From Oopsacas minuta (lineage: Eukaryota > Animalia > Porifera), in NCBI GenBank assembly GCA_024704765.1, contig JAKMXF010000302.1, positions 539,769 through 558,342 of the forward strand: a stretch of 18,574 bases of DNA, written 5' to 3'. Positions within the stretch are counted from its first letter, which is position 1, and each line of letters opens with the position of its first letter. The notes under the pieces were generated by a model that did not search any database, had not been told where the DNA came from, and was given only the letters and a program-made list of their open reading frames with translations. Positions 9,815 to 18,574 of this stretch are shown piece after piece. The position numbers were made by a program, and so were the translations under genes.

Positions 9815-9967
9815 CTGTGACGTAAATAGACTCATTACATTATAACTATCATACTTTCAACCCTCTCAGAATCTTGCAATTTACAAGAAATTAGGGAAAT
9901 ATTTGCAATTTTCTTACCTGATTCCCCAAATAATCGCCCAAAAATGCGATAACAACAAAGCATAATT

Positions 9968-10002
9968 CACAGTGGTTTGAATGCAAAGAATAGACAAAAA
10001 TA
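9968..10002 (+). other. Putative left TIR, RSS-like: heptamer CACAGTG, 19-nt spacer, ACAAAAATA
   Basis: Perfect RSS heptamer at 9968-9974 and a 7/9 match to the nonamer ACAAAAACC at 9994-10002. Transib TIRs are known to begin CAC-A-(A/G)-TG. Confidence 0.6.
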
Positions 10003-10648
10003 GATTTCATTTTTAATGGTTTAAACTCGTTCTTGTTTGTTTGAATAATGTTAATTTCAAATTTCAATTCGATCGAATCATATAGCTCTCACAATATGAA
10101 TTTAAAGAATCAATCAAAAATAGTTCTATTTGCGGTTTCAGTGATGCTAATATTAGCACCAATTTAAGTTTACTTGAGAGCGTCACAGAATTCTCCGAAT
10201 CAAATTTATTTTATTTCCTCAACACAATTCAGTTATGCTAAATCTGATTTCTCATTTTCGTCAGTGTATCTTTACTAATTTGGATTCAAAGTTGATTTGA
10301 TTAATGGTACTTTAGAGGTACAATATTTTAAAAAAAAGAACTTCCAAATGGCCGCAAAAAAAACACACCACAAAACACCACAAAACACCACTTAGAAATT
10401 AATTCCAAAATGGCATTATAATATCTAGAAAGACATATTAAAATGATAAGCCCCGAAACAGTGCGCAACATGAAAAATTTCAGCGAATTCCATTGTCACC
10501 TTTTTGTTGCTATGCAATTTATATGCTAAATTTATCTACTCGATTGCAGCATTCCAATTACCAATAAATGTAATATATAAATACATGATTAATATGACAT
10601 TAACAAATTGAATTTGCTGATAATCAACCGTTTTCTACGCTTTTACCA

Positions 10649-12200
10649 ATGACTCAAGAACTAACTATCCCTAACTCTCATCTTGAATTTGCGAAGATTT
10701 TGAAAGACAACAACAACTGTATCTCGACGACACTCAGTTTCTTTGACCAGAACTTTCAAATGGACTTCGAAGAAAGGAAACAATTGGAAGCAACGCTCCT
10801 CCGAGTAAGAAGCAGGATCAGGAAGGCAAAGAAATCGCTAGATTGCTTAGAGGGAGACTGGTGGCATTGTGGTATATCCATGGAACCAGAGTTGAAGAGG
10901 AACCGTTTTTATGATACCGTTGAGCTGTCTTCAGATGATGAAGAAGTCATATCCACACTCTCTGCAAACCATAGGAAGAGTATTGACAATCTCACGATGC
11001 AACAACAACGCTCACGACTCTCAAATGTCTTGGAATCTATCAAAGCACTCTCAATCGTTGAGAATACTTCAGAAATCAAGATAGCTGCACTTGCCTTGCA
11101 ACTACTATCGAACCAAACAAAACAGCGAGAAATAGCTAAAGTTTCAAAATCTGTAGTCTATGACAAGTTTTCGGGTCAATTCGGTAAAATGTTGAAGAAA
11201 GAGCTCGATGTTACCAAGACAGTGTTCCTTGTAGATCTCCTAGAAATTGGCAGGAGGAAATACACACAACTCCGACATCACTTGCTATCTAGCGATATTC
11301 GTTTCCCGGCATACTATAGGGTAGTAGAAGAAAGAAACAGTATAATTTTACGGTCGGATATTCAGATGTACCCCAATCCTGAAACTCCACTTGGTGTATA
11401 TATGCCATATGCCCATCACGTCTGCCATACTTTTTGCAGGCTTATGTCCACGCTACCGCCACCTCCAGCTTAAGATTATCCCCTACAATTCCAGATAGCA
11501 GAAGGACTAGATGGCTCTGGAAGTCACACTGTATATAATCAATCAAACACGAATACAGATACTAAGTCGTTTATCTTATTCTGTTTCAGAGCTGTAAAGG
11601 TAATAAGCAATAGCGGTCGCGAACTCTGGAAAAATAACACTCCCAATTCTCCTTTTGCTCAACGTCCGATTTCCTCCTCGCTGCGAAAGAAAACGAAGCT
11701 AATATCAAGCGATTTATGGACGATCTAATCAATACTGATACTGATCTTATGAGAAGTGAAGGATTTACTCTTGGCCCTGATCAGCAAGTACGAGTCGACA
11801 TTGTTCGATCAATGCTTGATGGGAAAATGGCAGGAATTCTATCTGGGGCAGGTGGGGCAAGTTGTCAATTATGTACAGCAACACATAAGGAACTCAGTGA
11901 TCGTGAGTTGATAATACAGGGATTTCCTATCAACAGGTACATTACTGATGCAATTCAACTTTTCGGTGAAATAGAAGACAGCCATTCGTTCTTCTCACTT
12001 CCTTCAAACCAACGTTGTAACATAACGCACGAACCAACCTCAACAATAAACATCCTTCCAGCATCTCCGTTACACTCGTACACTGGCATTTTCAGGTGGT
12101 TCAATCTACTAATTTATCATTTGAATTGTGGAAAACGTACATGGTCACCGACATCTTTGGCGATAAAAATTCGATGATATTTGTCAGAAATCTGATTGAA
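10649..12200 (+). pseudogene. Transib/RAG1-family DDE transposase, disrupted
   Basis: ORF 10649-11473 has LT..QQ.SRL helices and a DDBD-like LDVTKTVFL..KYTQLR..FPAY. Reading through the TAA (11471-11473) gives IAEGLDGSGSHTVYNQ (first Asp, 11510-11512) and LWKNNTPNSPFAQRPI. A 1-nt deletion near 11670 restores RPIFLLAAKENE into ORF 11716-12177 with SMLDGK (second Asp, 11818-11820), SCQLC and SPLHSY. Another probable shift lies near 12168. The catalytic Glu would lie beyond the N. Confidence 0.9.
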
Positions 12201-12201
12201 N
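12201..12201. other. Single-N scaffold join
   Basis: N at 12201, where the transposase stops abruptly. Confidence 0.95.
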
Positions 12202-12962
12202 TTGTGACGCAATCATAGTACGTATACGAAAGTTTACTTGAGATATACACTTTTATCACTATCAACTTATAACTTTCCGCAAGTTCTGATCACCGAATTT
12301 ACCATTACAAAAGTATTTTCATACTAATATTCACAAAATTAATACAATTAAGTAAAGATTGCATATCGTATTACCTCGAATAATCCGCGGGGCGATTATT
12401 AATTTCAAGCTTCAGAGGTTTAGATATTTGTGCACGATTATTCATATCATACCTATGTTTATGCAATATTATATTTATCCTTACAAACTTAGATTGACCA
12501 AACTAAAGGGGAATGATTCACTGCATGGTTATATATTTTTAGGACCCACAGGGGGGGCGAATATTCAAGGTAATCGGGAATTTCATATCTACAGGACTAT
12601 AGGGAAGACGAATTATTGTCGTTAACAACAATTTCAAGCAAAAATGTCGAGCCACAGACTGGTAGCAGCTCAGGGTCATGTACTTTTGTTCTTTCAAGGG
12701 CAAGTCCCCCTACCCAGAAAATGGCATGCTGGACCACTGATTATGGATCCGGATCAGATAAATATTTTTCAAATATTATAAATTAAATTTGAAAATATCA
12801 AAATTATAATTCACTTACATTACTCCTTAAGGAAGTTAAAATAAATTCTCTGTCATGATTTTAATATTAAGAATTAATATATGTGAAAACATTATATTTT
12901 AATGAATCATTGTTAACTATAGCCAATGAGGAAATTAGCAATTTAATATAACCTGAGACACA

Positions 12963-15226
12963 TCAGTTCAGTACAACATAAGATTTGGAAGGAAAAATTT
13001 GTTCTACACTATTAGACCGTGTATTTGGTTGAAAATTTTCGATATCAGAATCACAGTGTGTAGACATTGCTTCCAAATGCACAGCTTTCTGCTTAGTCAA
13101 AAGTTCAAGAGGGAGTGAAATGTTGTTAAGCTGACCCAAAGTTCGCAAATCGAAATAATATTTAGCGTATAGACTTAAAGGGACATTAACATCCAATTGT
13201 AATAGGTCTAAAAAATATCTTTCCATTTCATTGACATCATCAACTTGTAATTCTTCGAAAAGGTGACAATAATCCACATTCCACACAGCTTTATCATTCC
13301 ATACTTTCGAAGCTAACAAGATAGATCCAAACAATATTCGTTTCCAAGTAAAAACTGAAATATGAATCCCTGCGTATATAAGAAGGCGCTCCAAATAGAT
13401 AAGAGAAATAATTGCACATTCTGGTGTCAACTCTGCTGGATAAAAAAGCTGTTTCATGAATCTATAAATGGTCTTGGTTTCTGGAATAAGGCAGCTATCG
13501 AAACAAATTGCATTGTGACTTGAAATTGGGTGTAAACGCTCATCAAAAACATCCAAGTTACGAGGTTGTTGGTTTTTAGAATCGAATATGAGTAAATTAT
13601 GCACTGCTAACGCTACTGATTTTAGGGTATGCTTCATATTTGGTTGTGCAACTGTACTTGAATCGATAAAAACACTACTGGTTGACGAGGACTTCCGAAT
13701 TCCATTGTGATTCAAAGTTATGGGAAAGTGGTTGTTTTTGTTTTTGTTGTAATAGAAACAGTATAGGAACAACACAACGTGATCTGGTGGTGAAGGCCAT
13801 ATTGGTAGAGGGGTCTGTTCAGGTGTCTATAGGCAAAATTAAATAAATCGACCCTTGCTAGCGTAGCAACTAGATGTGACATAGGAATTTGAAAATAGCT
13901 ACATACGTAGTTAATACAACAATTAACTTGAGTGAATGACTTATTAATTAATCACACATTCAATGATTAGATACAGCAAGCCTTAAGAATAATAATTCAA
14001 TATTAATTAGTTACGAAGTAATTTCTGGTATTATGTAATGCGAGAAATATGGAAATTTAAAGAAAACAAATTACTACAAAACAATAACGTCAATTATAGA
14101 AATGAGTATTATATAACTCACATTGCGGATAGAACTTACCAGGAAAGATTGATGAAAAGTTTGGAAGAACAGTTGTTCTTCCAGGGACTCATAAATGGCC
14201 TCCTCAAAAACTGACATCAAATCACCTTATAAGGAAACAGAATAGACGCAATGATATTTACATTCTTGTAATTTGAAATCTTGGAAATTAGTGGGGTATT
14301 ATGAATTATATTTTAAAAGTCGAGCACTATTCTCTATAGAACTTACAATTCGATCTTTCGTTACTTTCTACACTCAAGGAGTTTCGAGATTTTTTTACAT
14401 CCATATCAACTATATCGTCCTCAACTTCTGCTGGCCTAGATCGTTTGCGTGAAGAATTCGAGTTAATGCCTTTTTCAATCGAATTCGTAACGATAATTTC
14501 AGAATTTCTTAGGTCTTCTAGAGTCTGTTTTTCAATAAATTTGAAACTATCACCACTTTTAAGAAGTGTAGGAATTTGGGAAGGACACAGACTGTAATCC
14601 TATTTAAGATTAAAAATAGAAACATAATTCGTAGGGATGTATTAAATTGTCACCTCCAAATTGGGACGATTTAAGGGTGAATTATTGGAATTATCAACAT
14701 TTGAATACAGTGGATTCCGGTTATAAGAACATGTATGCTACTCACAAGGGTGTTCTTATAACCAGCATCCATTAGGAACAATCATTTGTTGAATCAAATG
14801 GCTGGGGCTTAGGAAATGGTAAAGTACATGTGCGAGGAATGTGAATGAATGGGTAGAGATTATTCTTTATTATTTCTCCTGTAGTATTTCGGCTGGGAAA
14901 TCCCTAAATTGTATGTTTGTAAGCGAACTGAATAAATCCAATCACTACGGAGATTCATATACATTTTCAGTGAAGATAACTTAATCTCTCAAGTAATATA
15001 ATTCTATAAATACTTACCAATTGTCCTGACTCTAATTGGAAATTTGGAGGAGCGAGTGGTGTTATGGGTCCTCTAGATGCCGACTAGTAGATAGATAGAG
15101 AGATAGATAGATAGGCTAGACCAGACTAGACTAGATTAGACTTACCGTCGCAGATTCAAATAATTGTCCCGGTTCTTGGGTGGGGAAAGAAGAATTAGGA
15201 GAACATTCATCAGTATTGTCTAATAG
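12963..15226 (-). CDS. CCNY: Cyclin Y-like protein, copy 2 (5' part disrupted and truncated)
   Basis: Exons 13826-12963 (intact cyclin box), 14225-14140 and 14599-14347 are in phase. Upstream are 15226-15146, 15083-15018 and an exon from 14903 that hits TAA at 14774-14772 because its donor was deleted. The gene is cut by the N at 15227. Confidence 0.82.
14708..14774. mobile_element. Second copy of the pogo/Tigger-like hairpin remnant
   Basis: Identical to 5232-5298. Confidence 0.55.
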
Positions 15227-15227
15227 N
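15227..15227. other. Single-N scaffold join
   Basis: N at 15227, exactly at the acceptor boundary of a cyclin exon. Confidence 0.95.
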
Positions 15228-15396
15228 CCTTTCTTAACTTACTTATTGTTTCATATAATTCTGTATTGATAGAAAGCATCTGTTCCAACTTAGTACTGCA
15301 CTCACTCAACTATAAATAGGAAAGTATGAGATCGAACTCAGTCAAAATGTATTATTAATTGAAATAAATACACATTTCTCATTTAGTGAACAGATT

Positions 15397-15741
15397 TCAA
15401 TTTACCTCCTGATTATCTTTGAGTACTTCCCTCTCTCTTCCAGCTGTTTTCAACTCCTCTATCTCCTCAGTATCTCCTTCTACCTGTAAGACCAATTGCT
15501 GGGAACGTAGTCTTGAAACCTCTTTATCCTCCCCAACAGATGATAGCTGTATATCTTGCTTAGTCCTGCTCTCTTTCTCATCAGTATACTCTATACGTAG
15601 AAGTGATAGAGACTTGCTCAGAGCCTCAATTTCATCTGATGTATTAGGTAGAACTTCTTCGAATTCTTTAACTTTATATTCCTTAAACTGATCTAGATTC
15701 TCCTCACATTCTTTCAGAGATTCCTCCAATTTATAAATCAC
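15397..15741 (-). CDS. Glu/Lys/Leu-rich coiled-coil exon, probably downstream of the PCM1-like exon
   Basis: 114-codon ORF with heptad-like composition (LEESLKECEENLDQFKE.., IEALSKSLSLLRIE), ending at a GAG|GTAAAT donor-like site. No clear acceptor. Confidence 0.5.
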   Translation of the reverse strand: MIYKLEESLKECEENLDQFKEYKVKEFEEVLPNTSDEIEALSKSLSLLRIEYTDEKESRTKQDIQLSSVGEDKEVSRLRSQQLVLQVEGDTEEIEELKTAGREREVLKDNQEVN

Positions 15742-15796
15742 AAATATTCATAATAACATTAACAAGTTATTTACCTATCTAGTTATATGTGAGAGG

Positions 15797-16912
15797 TTAT
15801 TCGAGGGGGAATACCTCTGAGATGTCACTCTCATCTTCATCACAAACACCTATTTGTATTGCTTCAAAGTCATCAGGTTTGTCAACGAGTGAGTGGATAG
15901 AGTCTAATGCTTCAGACACCTGATAAGCTCGAGAGACACTTCGCTCATCAACCTTCTCACTTGATCCGGACAGGTTACTGTTCAGGTAGTAGTGTCTGAG
16001 GGGAACATTCTGGCTGGGAGAGTACACGCTCTCTTGTCTCCTCGCCACCTGCAATCTCTCTGACACTTGTGTACAAGGTATGAAAGAAAAAGGGGCGGGG
16101 GGAGGTTGTGGAATAGCAGAGAAGGCTTCAGCATCGATCAGATCACAATTTTCATCATCATTACTCACACGCTTCAGACAACTCAGACCACATTCTCTCA
16201 CATAATCACTATTGAGTAATTGAGCTACACGAATAAGCTCCAGCATGTAGTAGGGACATGTTTCATTCTGTCTTACCAGAGAGGCTACCCCTGAATATAT
16301 CCGTTCCATCACTTCGTCGAATACAGGAGAATCAACACCTGGGGAAACCCTCTTCTGTGAATTGTGACGAGTAACATGACCAGATTTCCTTCTGGGGGAA
16401 GCAGGAACAGCATTCACTTGTTGTTGTGGTTGTTTTCTGTAACAGTGCATAGGAGTGACTTCCCGTCTAGGAAGATTATCACGAGCTAAGGGCACGCGGT
16501 GTTGAGATGATATCATATTATCAGAGAAAGTTAGATCAGTTTGAGTACAGCTAGTAGTTACAGGCACACGTGGCTCATGTATCCACTGGTTAACCGGGTG
16601 TAAAGCAGGATCAGGACCAGGACCAGGACCAGGACCAGGACCAGGAGTAGGTAAGCTCTGGTACATATTAGCATCAACTGAAGAGGGATAGAAGCCAGGA
16701 GTAGGTGTAGGGTAGCTGAGAAGGACAGGAGGAGCTGTCTGGTAGTAAGGAGGGACTGGAAGGGAATAAGGAGCACTAGGGAAAGTAGTACCGTGAGGAG
16801 TAGTACAGTAGTGTATAGCAGGATAGTATGTAGGATAACAGCTACACTGTTGATATAAGGCAGTAGTGGGTACAGGGATGTGAGGCTGTTGTATAGACAG
16901 AAATTGTGTCAT
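15797..16912 (-). CDS. PCM1: PCM1-like (pericentriolar material 1) large exon
   Basis: VFDEVMERIYSGVASLVRQNETCPYYMLELIRVAQLLNSDYVRECGLSCL aligns with the recalled PCM1 C-terminal domain start IYSEVATLISQNESRPHFLIELFHELQLLNTDYLRQRAL. Acceptor cag|ATG at 16913/16912; probable donor GAG|GTATTC at 15815/15814. Confidence 0.7.
   Translation of the reverse strand: MTQFLSIQQPHIPVPTTALYQQCSCYPTYYPAIHYCTTPHGTTFPSAPYSLPVPPYYQTAPPVLLSYPTPTPGFYPSSVDANMYQSLPTPGPGPGPGPGPDPALHPVNQWIHEPRVPVTTSCTQTDLTFSDNMISSQHRVPLARDNLPRREVTPMHCYRKQPQQQVNAVPASPRRKSGHVTRHNSQKRVSPGVDSPVFDEVMERIYSGVASLVRQNETCPYYMLELIRVAQLLNSDYVRECGLSCLKRVSNDDENCDLIDAEAFSAIPQPPPAPFSFIPCTQVSERLQVARRQESVYSPSQNVPLRHYYLNSNLSGSSEKVDERSVSRAYQVSEALDSIHSLVDKPDDFEAIQIGVCDEDESDISEVFPLE
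16606..16647. repeat. Coding hexamer repeat (CAGGAC)x7, giving PGPGPGPGPDP
   Basis: caggat-caggac x5-caggag. Confidence 0.95.
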
Positions 16913-17574
16913 CTGTTCGGCTAAAATACACAGGAGTCAAATGTGTGGAAATATACACATTGGAAAACTTGTAAATGTGCACAACTAGAGGTCACTACAA
17001 GTACACATGCCAAATTTGGTGTCTTAACTTAGAAAGGTGTGAACAGTAGAGCGCAAACATATACGTATATATTATATATACTCAACCATTTTACAACTGA
17101 GCCACTATACTATGCAATAGTATTAATCGGAATAGCAAAAATAGAATATACAATTACATACTCAGAGTGCATTACTTAGATTTACAGCAGCTTGGTATTT
17201 GTTTCGCTTAGCAAACAAAAGTAACATTGCAATGCCATATAAGTAAAATTGATCATTCGGGTTTCTTACTGAGTACTTGAATAGATACGAGTCTTGAATA
17301 GAGATATCTATTTGCTACAACGGAATTATCATCTATAGTTTCTACGATACACTGGTACTCTCATGTGTCTAACTCCTGGGTGTCTCTGAAGAGTAAAGTT
17401 CCTTGGTGGGGAGATACGTAACTCACTCTGTTGCTAGTCTGATGAGGAATATACGTATATATATATTTTTAGCGGGGATAAGGCATTATATTTAGCTGCA
17501 AAAGGATTCCATCTACTAGCCACTTAAACGATAGAGAGAGTTCCACATCTACACTAGCCTGATATACAAGATAG

Positions 17575-18349
17575 TTATCTTGGGCTAGTGCAAAAGACAT
17601 CAAAATTGGAATATTATATACGCATAAGGCCAATGAAGTTTTATACTGGAGGATTGTGATTATAAAAGTGAGTCTGCAATTGACGCACGTGCACATTCGC
17701 CCACATTTCAATGAGTAACTTCGTTGTATTGATCTACAGGAGTGTTCGCCATTATTTAGCAAGTTTCCAGGAGGTAAAGGATAGTAACTAATAGCGAACT
17801 CTCCTGTTCTCCCGTTTAGAAGGGGAAGCTTATGTACTGTGGACTTCACCTATTAGCAAGTCGTATGTGGACATTTCCCTCACTAATGTATGAACTTGCT
17901 ATTAGGCGAATACCAATGTAACCTAATGCAAGGCTCGTTATTCATTTGGTTTATCATTTTAGAAAATCCACATCTCTACTACTACTCATTAGTACCTATC
18001 GGAATAGCGATTATAGTTGCTCTATCTTTCATCCTGGCTTTACTATGGTGTTGTTGTAGGAAAGGGAGACGGATAGGAAACCCAGTTCCAAAGGTGAGAC
18101 ATTTCTGAGAATATTGCCGCTTATGCCTGTAAATAACTTTTGGACATTATTATCATCACTTTATCGGTGACAATTATTACCTATTAATACATAACACCCT
18201 AAGGGAGGACAAATGAATGTCAGTAACAGCGATATACAATTTCGGACATCAAAATTGGAATGTTATATACATATAAAGCCAATGAAGTTTTGAGTTTCCT
18301 CTGGCTTGGTACCAAGTTAGGTGCCAAAGCGCCCCTCACTCCTCCCTAA
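17575..18349 (+). CDS. Membrane-protein gene, inverted copy with a chimeric 5' exon
   Basis: Exons 17575-17667 (LSWASAKDIKIGILYTHKANEVL-YWRIVIIK), 17740-17773 (GT donor), 17963-18093 (TM) and 18230-18349 are phase-consistent. The first exon model is uncertain. Confidence 0.45.
17596..18291. repeat. 47-bp direct repeat (17596-17642 and 18245-18291)
   Basis: GACATCAAAATTGGAATrTTATATAC..AArGCCAATGAAGTTTT, 4 mismatches. Confidence 0.9.
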
Positions 18350-18574
18350 GACCCGAATTGACATCTATTTTTTAGAATAATTATATACTTATATCCCTAG
18401 AATCACATTATACTTCCCTATATCATTAGGAAGTATTAAGGTAAACCTTGTGGCTATTATAATTGTATTTACAACAACACTGAGCTCAGCATTTGCTTGA
18501 ATACATCAAAATTCAATGGAATGATTTGACCCATAATGATGAGACAAACGAACTTAGTTTGTATAGCAAATATA
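17642..18574. repeat. Inverted segmental duplication, copy B (partner 7102-8032)
   Basis: Reverse complement of 7102-8032, continuing to the window end. Confidence 0.95.

Larger units (their letters stand above)
9968..12200 (+). mobile_element. Transib/RAG1-like DNA transposon, left part (truncated at the N at 12201)
   Basis: CACAGTG terminus about 680 bp upstream of a RAG1/Transib-type transposase. No right TIR (CACTGTG) was found in the window. Confidence 0.8.
12333..15226. repeat. Segmental duplication or haplotype copy B (partner 2832-5663)
   Basis: Direct-orientation homology, bracketed by Ns at 12201 and 15227. Confidence 0.95.

Noticed and set aside
9917-9967. CAG|GTAAGA donor that could end the Argonaute RDGVSEGQF exon
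   Set aside because: The upstream bases do not translate to any recognisable Argonaute motif.
10362-10391. Short (CAAAACACCA) tandem repeat in the transposon 5' region
   Set aside because: Only two to three units; a function such as a subterminal binding site cannot be supported.
15419-15691. 90-aa Ser-rich plus-strand ORF
   Set aside because: Antisense shadow of the Glu-rich coiled-coil exon.
16558-16776. 72-aa Leu/Val-rich ORF
   Set aside because: Alternative frame of the PCM1-like exon. The hydrophobic LVLVLV run comes from the hexamer repeat.
12202-18574. Search for a RAG2-like gene or the right TIR of the element
   Set aside because: No kelch/PHD-like ORF and no CACTGTG found. The sequence after the N is unrelated.
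1-18574. CRISPR arrays, rRNA, tRNA, prokaryotic operons
   Set aside because: No regularly spaced repeat-spacer arrays or structural RNA signatures seen; the sequence is spliceosomal-intron eukaryotic DNA.

Overview
AT-rich, intron-dense eukaryotic (almost certainly animal) DNA with one 186-N gap (2646-2831) and two single-N joins (12201, 15227). Contents, left to right: a small ORF with a lipidation-type N-terminus; a frameshifted Ras-family GTPase pseudogene; a hAT MITE; a multi-exon cyclin Y-like gene with a long N-terminal extension (minus); a micro-exon gene for a single-pass membrane protein (minus); the 3' exons of a decayed Argonaute gene; a Transib/RAG1-like transposon whose left end looks like a V(D)J RSS and whose transposase is broken and cut off at an N; a second cyclin Y-like copy bracketed by Ns; a PCM1-like exon; and an inverted copy of the membrane-protein gene. 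Two signals stand out. (1) The transposase mixes RAG1-type and Transib-type motifs and has a CACAGTG-19-ACAAAAATA terminus. (2) The two cyclin Y copies have about 99% identical introns and cyclin boxes near 98% identical, while the exons for the disordered regions differ by roughly 9-15% or more, starting right at the splice sites. All alignments, exon models and counts were done by eye without tools. The duplications could be co-assembled haplotypes.
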